Shown in pieces: positions 1-11,829 of a stretch of 64,000 bases of DNA. The stretch lies in contig OZ024743.1 in assembly GCA_964016885.1 (NCBI GenBank), positions 96,224,001-96,288,000 on the forward strand, read 5' to 3'. Position 1 is the stretch's first letter; each line of letters opens with the position of its first letter. The stretch is from Eledone cirrhosa (Eukaryota). The position numbers and the translations under genes were made by a program. Under the pieces are notes generated by a model that was given only the letters and a program-made list of their open reading frames with translations, was not told the DNA's origin and made no database searches.

Positions 1-150
1 AGGAGCAAGACGATTAAATCGACACAGTGCATTACTGGTGCTTTATTTTATCGACACTGTAAGAATGAAATGAAAAGCTAAGGATTTGAACTCAGAAGAT
101 AAAGGGCCGTAACTCTATGTCATAAAGCATATTGTCCGATAGTCGACCCC
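1..150 (-). mobile_element. tRNA-derived SINE family A, diverged partial copy
   Basis: Reverse complement matches the family A body (gagttcaaatcc B box, tcgataaaataaag, ccagtaatgcactg). Confidence 0.75.
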
Positions 151-206
151 ATAAATTTAATATTAATATGTAGTCTAAAATATTCAACTTTTATATATAC
201 GGTATA

Positions 207-390
207 TGGATTGGCAGTATCGGTAGAGGGTCGGACGCTCGGCTTTCCAGCATAGTTACGTCCCTTAACGATCTGAGTTCAAATCCCGCCGAGGTTGACT
301 TTGCCTTTCATCCTTACGGGGTCGATAAAATAAAGTACTAGTAATACACTGGGATAATTGCTGGCCTTATGCCAAAAGTAGAAACAATTA
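207..390 (+). mobile_element. tRNA-derived SINE family A (~185 bp)
   Basis: A-box-like TGGCAGTATCGG, B box GAGTTCAAATCC and 3' tail gtagaaacaattatt. Near-identical to the copies at 25527 and 37865. Confidence 0.9.
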
Positions 391-1079
391 TTTATGTACT
401 GAAAAAGACAATTGATCACAATGTCAGTTTTATTTTCTCTCTCTCTCTATTATTCAGATTACGATGAGATTAAAAGATATTTCTTATTAATAGGAGTTTT
501 CTCTGGGTGTGTGTGTGGGGGGGGGGGCATAGGGTGATCTCATGTGTGGGAGCCAGCTGGAAGACAGAAAGAGCCATGAAGAATATGACGAATGTGAGGT
601 TCAATTCCCTTCCTCTGTGAGACTTTTTCCAGTCACCAGGTGTACTTTACACGGCATATTCCACTATTATTTAGAGTTCATCTGCATTGTAGAAGCTTTT
701 CAAAAAGCAAAGATATTTTCAAATTCACCCAATGAAGTACTGAGATTGATATAATCGACTTTCTTTCCCCGTTTTTTAAACATAAATTCTATTAAAATAA
801 ATTTTCTCACAGTTGCAAGGGAGATTAATCTTTCTAAACTTCCTATGTCTTGTTGCTCTCCCATTAAGTATTCGGCATTGGATTTAATGGGTTCGGTTTG
901 TTTATTTATTTATTCAATTTCAACGTCCGTGTAGAGCTAGTAAGCGATGACAGACTATGGGAAGTATCGAGTACTCCTTAGAGTTTCTAACCAAAAAAGT
1001 CTAGTGAGACAAGTAATAATAATAAAAAAATTAAAAAAGGGGAAAAAAAACATAAAATAGAATAAAAATATAATTTGTA

Positions 1080-1255
1080 ATATTGTTTCTACTTTAGGCA
1101 CAAGGCCAGCAATTATCCCAGTGCATTACTGGTACTTTATTTTATCGACCCCGTAAGGATGAAAGGCAAAGTTAACCTCGGCAGGATGTGAACTCAGAAT
1201 GGCAAGGGCCGTAACTCTATGCGTCAAAGCATGGCGGCCGACCCTCTACCGATAA
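1080..1255 (-). mobile_element. SINE family A
   Basis: Reverse complement of the family A consensus. Confidence 0.9.
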
Positions 1256-1592
1256 TTTGAAATATTGAGGGCGAACGTGAGGCAGATTATGGATAGGAAA
1301 ACGAAAAGGTGAAACAATGGAAGCTGTAAACAGTTATGTGAGAATGTAGTTATACGGATTTGTGGGATGAAACACAGAAATGAGATGTTTGTTCTTTGAA
1401 TATACATTGAATGTTTCTCTAATAAGTATTTCTTAAATAAATCTTCTTTGAATATGTTTTAGTTCTCTGGAATTATCATAACAGTTACATGTCATTTCCG
1501 TTACAGACCATTTATTCCAGAGAAGGAGAGAGGGTCATAGAGAGGAAGTAAGAAAGGAATTTAGAGGATGAATTGACTCCAGTGTATTACTG

Positions 1593-2810
1593 GTTCTTCT
1601 CAGCCCTCCACTCCCTATACTACTCTATGTCTATCATCTGCCCCCCCCCCACCCCACCCCACCCCACACACACACACACTTTACAGTATTACATTCTTCC
1701 TCAGCCCCCCACTCCCTAAACTACTCTATATCTATCAATCTGCCCCCCACCCAACCCCACTCCCACCCCTTACAATATTACACTCTTCCTCAGCCCTCCA
1801 CTCCATATACTACTCTGTATCTATCAATCTGCCCCCCCCCCTTACAATATTACACTCTTCCTCAGCCCTCCACTCCATATACTACTCTGTATCTATCAAT
1901 CTGCCCCCCCCTTACAATATTACACTCTTCCTCAGCCCTCCACTCCATATACTACTCTATATCTAGCAATCTGCCCCCCTTTACAATATTACACTCTTCC
2001 TCAGCCCTCCACTCCATATACTACTCTGTATCTATCAATCTGCCCCCCCCCCTTACAATATTACACTCTTCCTCAGCCCTCCACTCCATATACTATTCTA
2101 TATCTATCAATCTGCCCCCTTTACAATATTACACTCTTCCTCAGCCCTCCACTCCATATACTACTCTATATCTATCAATCTGTCCCCCCTTTACAATATT
2201 ACACTCTTCCTCAGCCCTCCACTCCATATACTACTCTATATCTATCAATCTTCCCCCCTTTACAATATTACACTCTTCCTCAGCCCTCCACTCCATATAC
2301 TACTCTATATCTATCAATCTTCCCCCCTTTACAATATTACACTCTTCCTCAGCCCTCCACTCCATATACTACTCTATATCTATCAATCTGTCCCCCCTTT
2401 ACAATATTACACTCTTCCTCAGCCCTCCACTCCATATACTACTCTATATCTATCAATCTGTCCCCCCTTTACAATATTACACTCTTCCTCAGCCCTCCAC
2501 TCCATATACTACTCTGTATCTATCAATCTTCCCCCTTTACAATATTACACTCTTCCTCAGCCCTCCACTCCATATACTACTCTATATCTATCAATCTTCC
2601 CCCCTTTACAATATTACACTCTTCCTCAGCCCTCCACTCCATATACTACTCTATATCTATCAATCTTCCCCCCTTTACAATATTACACTCTTCCTCAGCC
2701 CTCCACTCCATATACTACTCTATATCTATCAATCTTCCCCCCTTTACAATATTACACTCTTCCTCAGCCCTCCACTCCATATACTACTCTGTATCTATTA
2801 ACCTGCCACT
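1593..2810 (+). repeat. ~60-bp minisatellite, ~20 copies, C-rich strand on +
   Basis: Unit ttacaatattacactcttcctcagccctccactccatatactactctatatctatcaatctg(c)n with a variable poly-C tract. Confidence 0.97.
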
Positions 2811-3064
2811 CCGCTTTACATTTACTCTTTCTCGCACCTCTACTCGCTATACTACATTCTATCTCTCTATTCCCCTCTTACCCTACCTCACAACAATATA
2901 CATACTATTTCACTCCCTTACTTGCTTTAGTCTCTCTCCCTCACTCTTTTTACTCTATCTGAGTGCTTTAATCCCCCTCCATGTCCAGATTTCCCCCCTA
3001 GTAATATCAGTCACAATAACTTTATAGGTGACCAATTGTCACTGGAACGTTCGCTAGGACTCAC

Positions 3065-3121
3065 TGTGTATTCCTTCTGGCTCTCTGCCTCCTCAGTTCC
3101 CATCGAGGCCAACTTTGCTAT
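3065..3121 (-). CDS. Candidate 57-nt internal coding exon of an unidentified host gene (IAKLASMGTEEAESQKEYT)
   Basis: On the minus strand: pyrimidine-rich ...catcctgaccag|ATAGCA...TACACA|gtgagt. Open only in phase 0, and phase-compatible with the candidate exon at 5417-5484. Confidence 0.45.
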
Positions 3122-3152
3122 CTGGTCAGGATGTATAGCAAAGGATGAATAG

Positions 3153-4608
3153 CAGAGTGGAGGGCTGAGGAAGAGTGTAATATTGTAAGGGGGGGGGGGG
3201 CAGATGATAGATACAGAGTAGTATAGGGAGTGGAGGGCTGAGGAAGAGTGTAATATTGTAAGGCGGGGGGAAGATTGATAGATACAGAGTAGTATAGGGA
3301 GTAAAGGGCTGAGGAAGAGTGTAATATTGTAAGGTGGGAGGCAGATTGATAGATACAGAATAGTATATGGAGTGGAGGGCTGAGGAAGAGTGTAATATTG
3401 TAAGGGGGGGGCAGATGATAGATATAGTGTAGTATAGGGAGTAGAGGGCTGAGGAAGAGTGTAATATTGTAAGGGAGTGGGGCAGATGATAGATATAGAG
3501 TAGTATATGGAGTGGAGGGCTGGGGAAGAGTGTAATATTGTAAGGGGGGCAAATGATAGATATAGAGTAGTATATGGAGTGGAGGGCTGAGGAAGAGTGT
3601 AATATTGTAAGGGGGGGCAGATGATAGATATAGTGTAGTATAGGGAGTAGAGGGCTGAGGAAGAGTGTAATATTGTAAGGGGGGGGGGCAGATGATAGAT
3701 ATAGAGTAGTATATGGAGTGGAGGGCTGGGGAAGAGTGTAATATTGTAAGGGGGGATGATGATAGATATAGAGTAGTATGGGGAGTGGAGGGCTGAAGAA
3801 GAGTGTAATATTGTAAGGTGGGGTGATAGATATAGAGTAGTATATGGAGTGGAGGGCTGAGGAAGAGTGTAATATTGTAAGGGGAGGCTGATGATAGATA
3901 TAGAGTAGTATATGGAGTGGAGGACTGAGGAAGAGTGTAATATTGTAAGGTGGGGGTGATAGATATAGTGTAGTATAGGGAGTAGAGGGCTGAGGAAGAG
4001 TGTAATATTGTAAGGGGGGGAAGATGATAGATATAGAGTAGTATATGGAGTGGAGGACTGAGGAAGAGTGTAATATTGTAAGGGAGTGGGGCAGATGATA
4101 GATATAGAGTAGTATAGGGAGTGGAGGGCTGGGGAAGAGTGTAATATTGTAAGGGGGGATGATGATAGATATAGAGTAGTATAGGGAGTGGAGGGCCGAG
4201 GCAGAGTGTAATATTGTAAGGGGGGACAGATGATAGATATAGAGTAGTATATGGAGTGGAGGGCTGAGGAAGAGTGTAATATTCTAAGGGGAGGCTGATG
4301 ATAGATATAGAGTAGTATAGGGAGTGGAGGGCTGAGGAAGAGTGTAATATTGTAAGGGGAAGGTCAGATTGATAGATACAGAGTAGTATATGGAGTGGAG
4401 GGCTGAGGAAGAGTATAATATTGTAAGGGGGGCAGATGATAGATATAGAGTATTATATGGAGTGGAGGGCTGAGGAAAAGTATAATATTGTAAGGTGGGG
4501 GGGGGGCAGATGATAGATATAGAGTAGTATATGGAGTGGAGGGCTGAGGAAAAGTATAATATTGTAAGGTGGGGGGGCAGATGATAGATATAGAGTAGTA
4601 TATGGAGT
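3153..4608 (-). repeat. ~60-bp minisatellite, ~24 copies, inverted relative to 1593-2810
   Basis: Unit ggagtggagggctgaggaagagtgtaatattgtaa(g)n...gatagatatagagtagtata is the reverse complement of the upstream array. Confidence 0.97.
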
Positions 4609-4872
4609 AAATGAGGGAGAAGCTTTATAATATTGTTAGGGAGCGTGAGAGATACATGTGAATTCCAAGACACGCCGTTAGTATACACATACACACTGGC
4701 AACAAGGGAGATAATTAAGAGAATCTAAAATAAATGCTAGTAGCCTCCCTTGAAAATATATTTGTTTTTATGTTTTTCATTATATTTTCCAAACTTTTTG
4801 TGTAATGCTTGCAATCAAATTCATTATTATTTTATCATGATAATATTGTATACACACACACACACACACACA

Positions 4873-4937
<65 letters not shown>

Positions 4938-5416
4938 ACACACATCTACATAATTATGACTTTGTATACATGTATATGTGTATTAATATACCATTTACGT
5001 TAGGTTGTTTATTAATGTGTAGAACTGGTGGTTCCGGTTAGTACATGATGATGCAATAAATTAAAGCACTCTACGTTACGCAAATCATCCATCATAGCTG
5101 TGGTTTCCTGGTATCCCGTGGCTGCTGCAGGAACGGAACTAATTATTCATTCAAAACAACAGAAGGCTGGACTTAAGTTTACTTTCAAATTTTAATTCGG
5201 CGGAAACACTGCATTTTTCGATGGCCTGGTTTTATCAACCGATCATGATACAACACTAAAGTGATTTCATCAGGTGTTGATTGCAGAATTAGTTCCATAA
5301 GTCAACAGGATTACAGCAAACAGAAACAGAGAATATAAATTTGGGGACCGATTCGATTCGGAGACAGTCTGCCAATTCAGTGTTATAGTAACGAGGATGG
5401 AGTGAAGATGACTTAC

Positions 5417-5484
5417 AAAAGATAGTTTCTTAGTCCCACTATTATTTGTATATGTCATGACTTTATGAAATATCTGTGACAAGT
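5417..5484 (-). CDS. Candidate 68-nt coding exon ((D)LSQIFHKVMTYTNNSGTKKLSF)
   Basis: Minus strand ccattccatttctgctctag|ACTTGT...TCTTTT|gtaagt. Good acceptor, consensus donor, open frame ending in phase 0. Confidence 0.4.
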
Positions 5485-6718
5485 CTAGAGCAGAAATGGA
5501 ATGGATCGGAATGAAATGGTTTCCAGTTCTTCTATAAATGAAACAGCTTGCTCTTGAAATTAACGGGCAAGTGCCTCAGCATTCAATAGGCATTCCATAG
5601 GCATTCCATAGGCACGTGTATCCTTAAGGTAATCTCTAGGAGGGTAATAGAGAGGTGAAGAGGAAGAATAGAAGGCACCCTCAAACCAGAGACTTGACCG
5701 AAATGCTTGTACCAGGCTGGACTTTGGTAAAGACACTCAACGAGCAGGTAATGGTGTTAGACAAGGTAATGAATTAAGCTTACCCTCTAATGGATTATTA
5801 AATCTACCACTCAATGGAGTAAGCCTACCACCGAATAGATTAAGTTTAGTACCCGTGGCTGATAAAGAAATCGTTATTATTTTACTGTTGATTGACGAAT
5901 ATGTTCAATGGAAGAATTAGAAACAAATTGGCACGTTCAAGGGACATAACTGCAGCAATATTTATCAATTATGGGTAAAACAGAGTTATTAGTATTTCTG
6001 TCTGGTGAAGGAGGCGGGGACTAGTTTCTATCAGCACATTAAAGTAATATCTATTATTTCTGCTAGCATGTATAGTGTGTATAGTGATATTATACGCAAG
6101 TGTATATACATGTAGATATGATACATCAAATAAAATCGTAATTGACAATATACACAGAAATTGAACGAAGACTGCGTTACACTGTCTTATGTAATCAGTA
6201 ACGTAATCCAAGATACATTAAAAAAAGACGATATTATATATAAACTGCATTAGGAGAAAATTAGTGATAGAAATATATGATTGTTTATTTTAGCGATCGC
6301 TAACCGGAAGTGTTGACATTTTAAAATTTTAAAGAAGTGAATCTTTAAATAAGTAATACAATATATTTAATGAACAGCCACGAAATTTAGTAGATAAATT
6401 ATGTAATATCCATTCATTATTTATTCAAAGTAATCCAACTTATTTTACTAAGGGGATAAAAATTATAAACCGTACGCAGTCCCGCACTCCTTACTTTATT
6501 ATAGTTTAGATATGGAAATATATGGAAATGTGGGTAAAAGGCGATTCACAAAATTGATTGTTAATTCAAAGGAAACGTAATATAAATACCAAAATATATT
6601 TTGTAATCCAGACAAATCTAGTTCATAATCGTAGGAAACTACATATGATAAGGATGATGGCAATAATCTTATTAAATAGTTTAGCTGTTTTGATAACTGT
6701 TGTAATGACAACAGCAGA

Positions 6719-6803
6719 GGTCCGACGAGCTTTTGATACTAGAGTCAGGCTAAATCGATACAGATCAAACCTTGAGCTGATCAATAGCGAAACGCGCGTC
6801 ACC
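6719..6803 (+). ncRNA. Hammerhead ribozyme motif (type I-like, CCGACGA core variant), probable Penelope pLTR remnant
   Basis: Stem I GGT/ACC, core CCGACGA, stem II GCTTTTGAT/ATCAATAGC, GAAA, palindromic stem III ACGCGCGT, GUC cleavage triplet (6798-6800), followed by AATAAA. Confidence 0.7.
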
Positions 6804-6842
6804 AATCAATAAACGTAATGAAGGTATAACAAATCGTACTTG

Positions 6843-8600
6843 TATTATTATTATTATTATTATTATTACTCTTTGAGTCTCAGTCATTGATGTTAGTTAA
6901 CTGGAAAGTTTGTTGAAATGAATATCAAGCCACTACCTGCAGCCTCAGATATTCAGGACGTATCGGAGGGTTCTTGCTGTTCCCAGCAAGCATGCCTTTT
7001 GAAGCGTTCCAAAAAGCGTGAAGGGGCCAATTTTCTTTAACCATCCCTGGAAACTTTTTGAGATAGTCCCTAGTGCGCCTATGACAATCGGGATCACTTT
7101 AACATCATGGCAGTTCCAAATCCTTTTTACCTCCCACTTTAAGTCCTGGTATCGGTTAATTTTCTCCCTCTCCTTCTCTTGCAATCTCGGGTCGAATGGG
7201 CAGGCCACATCCACAATCAGGCACGATCTTTTTTCTTTGTCCACAACCACCAGGTCAGGTCTATTGTGTTCCAGTTTCTTGTCCGTCTGTATCCTAAAAT
7301 CCCACAGCACCTTCACCTTTCTATCACCGACTCTGGCTTATGCTCATACCACTTCTCAGAATGTGGTAAATTGTTTACTTTGCACAGGTGCAAGTGGATC
7401 ACCCTGCCCATCACATCATGTCTCAAGCTCTTATAGTGAGTCTGGGCTAGATGTTTACACTCGGATACAATGTGAGCCACAGTCTCCTCTCTCTCTCCAC
7501 AGATCCTGCACAGTGGGCTAGCCTCCTCCTTGTAAATATGGTGTTTCAACCACTTCGTTTTGAGGGCCTGTTCCTGCGCAGCCATTAACATTCCTTCTGT
7601 AGCCTTTTCAAGGTCTCCTCTTTTCAACCAGTTCCATGTCTGTGGATCTCTAAATTCAGTTTTCTCAAAGAAGGTACTATGAAGGGATTTTCCTGAAGGC
7701 TGCTCTTTCTCCTTGATGTTATTTCCTCCTTGGACATCCCCTGGCCTATTGTCCCCTCCTTCAGTACAGTTCTGAGCATTGGCTCCTTACTATCAGTCAC
7801 GTATTTGTGTACGTTGTTTTTCTCCATCTAAACACAGTCCTCTATGCTGATAAGACCTCTTCCACCTTCAGATCTCCTTAAGTAGAGTCTATCGACATCA
7901 CTCTTCTTGTGGAACATGTTGTAGATAGTCAATAGCTTCCTAGTCTTCCTATCCATTTCTTTTTGTTCAGCAACATTCCATCTCAGAATTCCCGCACTGT
8001 ACCTAATAATAGACACAGCTCGGGAATTTACTGCACTTGTGGCATTCCTACTGTTCAGATGTGACTTTAATACGCTTCTTACTCTCCGAGTGTATTCAGT
8101 TCTTATCAATTCCTTCATTTTTTTGTTCTTGATGTCATCAGCCTCCAGAACACTAAAATACTTGTATCCTTCTTCAGAGTCAATTTCCTTTATCATCTCA
8201 CCTATTGGTACCTGGATTCCGTTACTTCTGCTCAACTTACCCCTCTTCATCACAATGACTCCACACTTACTAATACCAAATTGCATACATATATCATTGC
8301 TGAACATACGGACAGTGTCAACAAGCACATCCAACTCCTTCTCACTCTTTCCGAAGAGCTTAAGATCGTCCATGAAGAGTGGGTGGTTGATGGTAAGCTC
8401 TCCTTTTCCCAACTTGTATCCTGCTCTCACTTCACGCAGTACACTGGTCAGGGGTATCAGGGCAAGGACAAACAACAGAGGGGACAGACTATCTCCCTGG
8501 AAGATACCTCTCTTGATCTTCACGCTTTCCAAGGATTCTCCAGTTGATATTAACTCTGTTTCCCAGGACTTCATACTTTTGCCCAACAACTGTCTGATGT
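6843..8600 (-). mobile_element. 5'-truncated R4/Dong-like non-LTR retrotransposon (RT + CCHC + restriction-like endonuclease), degenerate
   Basis: ORF pieces contain GIFQGDSLSP, FMDDLKL, CRICGEREETVAHIVSEC and WDFRIQTD...NRPDLVV...DVACP. Stops and frameshifts are present. Both ends abut (TAA)n tracts. Confidence 0.92.
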
Positions 8601-8617
8601 ATTATTATTATTATTAT

Positions 8618-8661
<44 letters not shown>

Positions 8662-8662
8662 A

Positions 8663-8694
<32 letters not shown>

Positions 8695-8699
8695 TTACA

Positions 8700-8890
8700 G
8701 GCGGTGAATTGGCAGTATCGGTAGAGGGTCGGACGCCATGCTTTGACGCATAGAGTTACGACCCTTGCTATTCTGAGTTCAAATCCCGCCGAGGTTAACT
8801 TTGTCTTTCATCCTTACCGGGTCGATAAAATAAAGTACCAGTAATGTACTGGGTAATTGCTGGCCTTGTGCCAAGAGTAGAAACAATTAT
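8700..8890 (+). mobile_element. SINE family A
   Basis: Full-length match to the family consensus. Confidence 0.9.
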
Positions 8891-9268
8891 TATTATTATT
8901 ACAGATACAGACAAAATATACTTATAAATTTCAAATGTAAACAAAATATATTTACATAGAAATCAAAACAATGGGAAATCCATTAGCCCTAATAAGTTTC
9001 TGGTTTTAAAAAAATTAATTATATATATTTTTTGAATTTAGAATTTAAAGAAAATGTTTGCAGATTCAGATGTTCAAAATATAAAGATCTTAAGAAGTTA
9101 TTTAAAATACATGATAAAATATATTAGACGGTGGTTAAAGGAACATCTAAACGAACAAATATTTCGTAGTATTGAACTGTAAAAATAATTGCTTCAATAT
9201 GTAATCCATTGGATATGAACTAGAATAGAAGAATGGATGGAAACAACAAAGGTTAAAGAAGACTAAAT

Positions 9269-9455
9269 AATTGTTTCTACTTCTGGCACAAGGCCAGCAA
9301 TTATCCCAGTGTATTACTGGTACTTTATTTTATCGACCCCTTAAGATGAAACGGAAAGTTAACCTCCGCAGGATTTGAACACAGATCGTAAAGGGCCGTA
9401 GCTGTATGCTGCAAAGCCTGGCGTCCGACCCTCTTCTGATACTGCTAATCCGACC
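9269..9455 (-). mobile_element. SINE family A
   Basis: Reverse-complement match. Confidence 0.88.
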
Positions 9456-9473
9456 CTCATATATATACATACA

Positions 9474-9656
9474 TAATTGTTTCTACTTTAGGCACAATGC
9501 CAGCAATTACCCAGTGCGTTACTGCTACTTTATTTTATCGACCCCGTAAGGATGAAAGGCAAAGTCAACCTCAGTTTGAACTCAGATGGTAAAGGGACGT
9601 AACTATGCTGGAAAGCATGGCGTCCGACCTTCTACCGATACTGCCAATCCACCGCC
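9474..9656 (-). mobile_element. SINE family A (small internal deletion)
   Basis: Reverse-complement match, tandem with the previous copy. Confidence 0.88.
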
Positions 9657-9713
9657 CTATATATCCTATATATACATACATAATGAACCTAGTTTAGATT
9701 ATAAGAAACAAAA

Positions 9714-9795
<82 letters not shown>

Positions 9796-10057
9796 GTTTC
9801 AACATATTGTGTATATATATGTATATATATATATATATATAAATGAAAAGTATAGAAATTATTGCAGCAAGAAGCCAACAGTATTCCATATACAATATGT
9901 TGAGAAGGTAACACACCAGAGAGAGATACAATGCGCTATCAATAAAACAGGGAAAAACCACCAGTGTCTGGAATCTATAACCTATGAAAGGCAGACTATA
10001 GACACGATAATTAAAAATATAAATTAAAGCGTAAATAAATACCTCTATAACTATATA

Positions 10058-10139
10058 ACACACGTACAAATTCAAAGAGATCTGTTTCGCCAGTAAGTTG
10101 TTGACAGAAATGGAATAACCCAGGTTCTTCAGCGTGTGT
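10058..10139 (-). ncRNA. Hammerhead ribozyme motif (left arm)
   Basis: Stem I ACACACG/CGTGTGT, CTGAAGA, imperfect stem II, CGAAA, stem III ACAGAT/ATTTGT, GUA site. Confidence 0.6.
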
Positions 10140-10316
10140 AAGGCTATACATTTCAGACAACACTAAGAGAATTTTAAAGTGACTGTCCAGCTACACGTGG
10201 GAGAGAGAAGTCACAGCGTGTTTAAGGGCAGTGAACCAGTGGCTTCTGAGGGACGAGCTGCTAGAATGGGCAGCCCAAAAGCACTCAGAGAAGTGTTGTC
10301 TGAAATGTATAGTCTT

Positions 10317-10398
10317 ACAGACGCTGAAGAACCGTGGTTATTTCATTTCTGTCAACAACTTACTGGCGAAACAGATCTCTTTGGATTTGTACGTGTGT
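10317..10398 (+). ncRNA. Hammerhead ribozyme motif (right arm)
   Basis: CTGAAGA at 10324, GAAA at 10368, stem III ACAGATC/GATTTGT, GUA at 10389-10391, then CGTGTGT pairing with stem I. Confidence 0.6.
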
Positions 10399-10664
10399 TA
10401 TATAGTTATAGAGGTATTTATTTACGCTTTAATTTATATTTTTAATTATCGTGTCTATAGTCTGCCTTTCATAGGTTATAGATTCCATACACTGGTGGTT
10501 TTTCCCTGTTTTATTGATCGCGCATTGTATCTCTCTCTGGTGTGTTACCGTTTCAACATATTGTATTTTAAAGAGCTCAGGATTTCCTCTCCTTTGGACA
10601 CATTATTTACAGGGAATGGCGAGAGTCTATGGTTCCGTTAATTTATCGTGATATATATATATAT

Positions 10665-10855
10665 ATATTAATAAAAACAATGAATAAAAACAATGAATAA
10701 AAACAAAGAAACAGTTCCTTATATTAAAAAATTCATTATTTTACGATCGTTTCTTGGATATATATGTGTGTGTTGGTATGTATATCATATAAATCTATGT
10801 AAAAATTTTACAAACTATCCGAGGGAATATACATATATATGCTATCTTCAGAAAT
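10665..10855 (-). mobile_element. Single arm of the HHR-bearing element family also at 52100-53592 (hammerhead motif at 10738-10855)
   Basis: High similarity to 52100-52282. Minus strand reads ATTT-CTGAAGA...long stem II...GAAA-CGATCG-TA-AAAT. Confidence 0.75.
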
Positions 10856-10864
10856 ATATATATA

Positions 10865-10942
10865 AGCTGGCATGCCGAACTACCTCCCCGTGGTGCCAGC
10901 TGGGTGGTTTAAGATTACTCCTAGACCAGCGAAAAGTTCGGC
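10865..10942 (+). ncRNA. HDV-like self-cleaving ribozyme at the 5' end of the RTE LINE
   Basis: P1 AGCTGGC/GCCAGCT, P2 GCCGAACT/AGTTCGGC, P3 ACC/GGT with L3 TCCCCGT, GGG after P1 (P1.1), P4 TGGTTTA..TAGACCA, J4/2 GCGAA with the catalytic-C equivalent at 10930. Confidence 0.88.
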
Positions 10943-11829
10943 GGCAGTTCCTAAGGACGTGGTGGGTTTACGCCTGGCAAGTGTTCTCCCTATAAAAAGC
11001 CACAGATGTCCGCAACAGCACTGTGACGTGGCGAGCATGACCCGCCACTAAATAGGGTCACTGCCCCCCTTGTCTCACCCGAGGCATTGTATTCCAGAAG
11101 AGGCGGAAGAACCATTTGGTCAACAGCTCGAATGGAACTTCGGGAGCATTGGGACCCCGGTTTGGTTAACGACCAAGCAAAGGCGTATGAACTGGTCTAC
11201 TGGTCATCATCTCCCATTGGGTGCGACTCCCTGATCTCGCTCTGCTGCCTTGTGGACAGACTTTTTAGTCAAAGGCTCCGGGTGGGGTTCCCCTAAGAAA
11301 CCCCCTACTTCAGCCTAGGCAACCGGGTAGTATTACGCCTTCTGGAGAGAGAAACTCCGACATCAAACCTACGGCCCGAGGACCTCGCTGTCACCGTCCC
11401 AGCTCGCTAGGTCATGGCAGATGAACCTCGTGCTAAAAGGGTGGGGCCAGTTTGCGCGCCCTTCACCTTAAAACTCCTCAGCGCAGGCCGAAGGACACGT
11501 CCACGTTCTATGACCAACCATTCCAAAAGCTCTGCAGTGATGGGAAAGGGCGAAAGCGGCAGGTGGAAGATGTCACTGGAAGCCGTTGTCTCGATCCTAC
11601 ATGTAGGCGGCTCAGGACTTTGGTCGCCTGGTTGTCGACTCGGAGGCGACGACACAACTCGGTAGCATCCTGAGCGACCAGGCAGCCATATCTAGGGTGA
11701 GCACTGCCTGCTCCACATGGAGAGGGGCGGTAGAAAAGGTTCGCCTAAACAAAGCTCGTCTCCTCTATACCCAGTTAGCTAGAGCGGTCGAACAAACATG
11801 GAAACAAAACAAAGAAAAGTAAGCAGGAC

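Larger units (their letters stand above)
9890..10565. mobile_element. Non-coding fold-back element with ~275-bp inverted arms, each carrying a hammerhead motif
   Basis: 9890-10164 is the reverse complement of 10293-10565, with a ~128-bp spacer. Related to the hairpin at 37128-37387. Confidence 0.85.

Noticed and set aside
207-300. tRNA gene calls for SINE heads (also 34312 and 53680)
   Set aside because: A and B boxes are present but there is no complete cloverleaf, and they continue into repeated SINE bodies.
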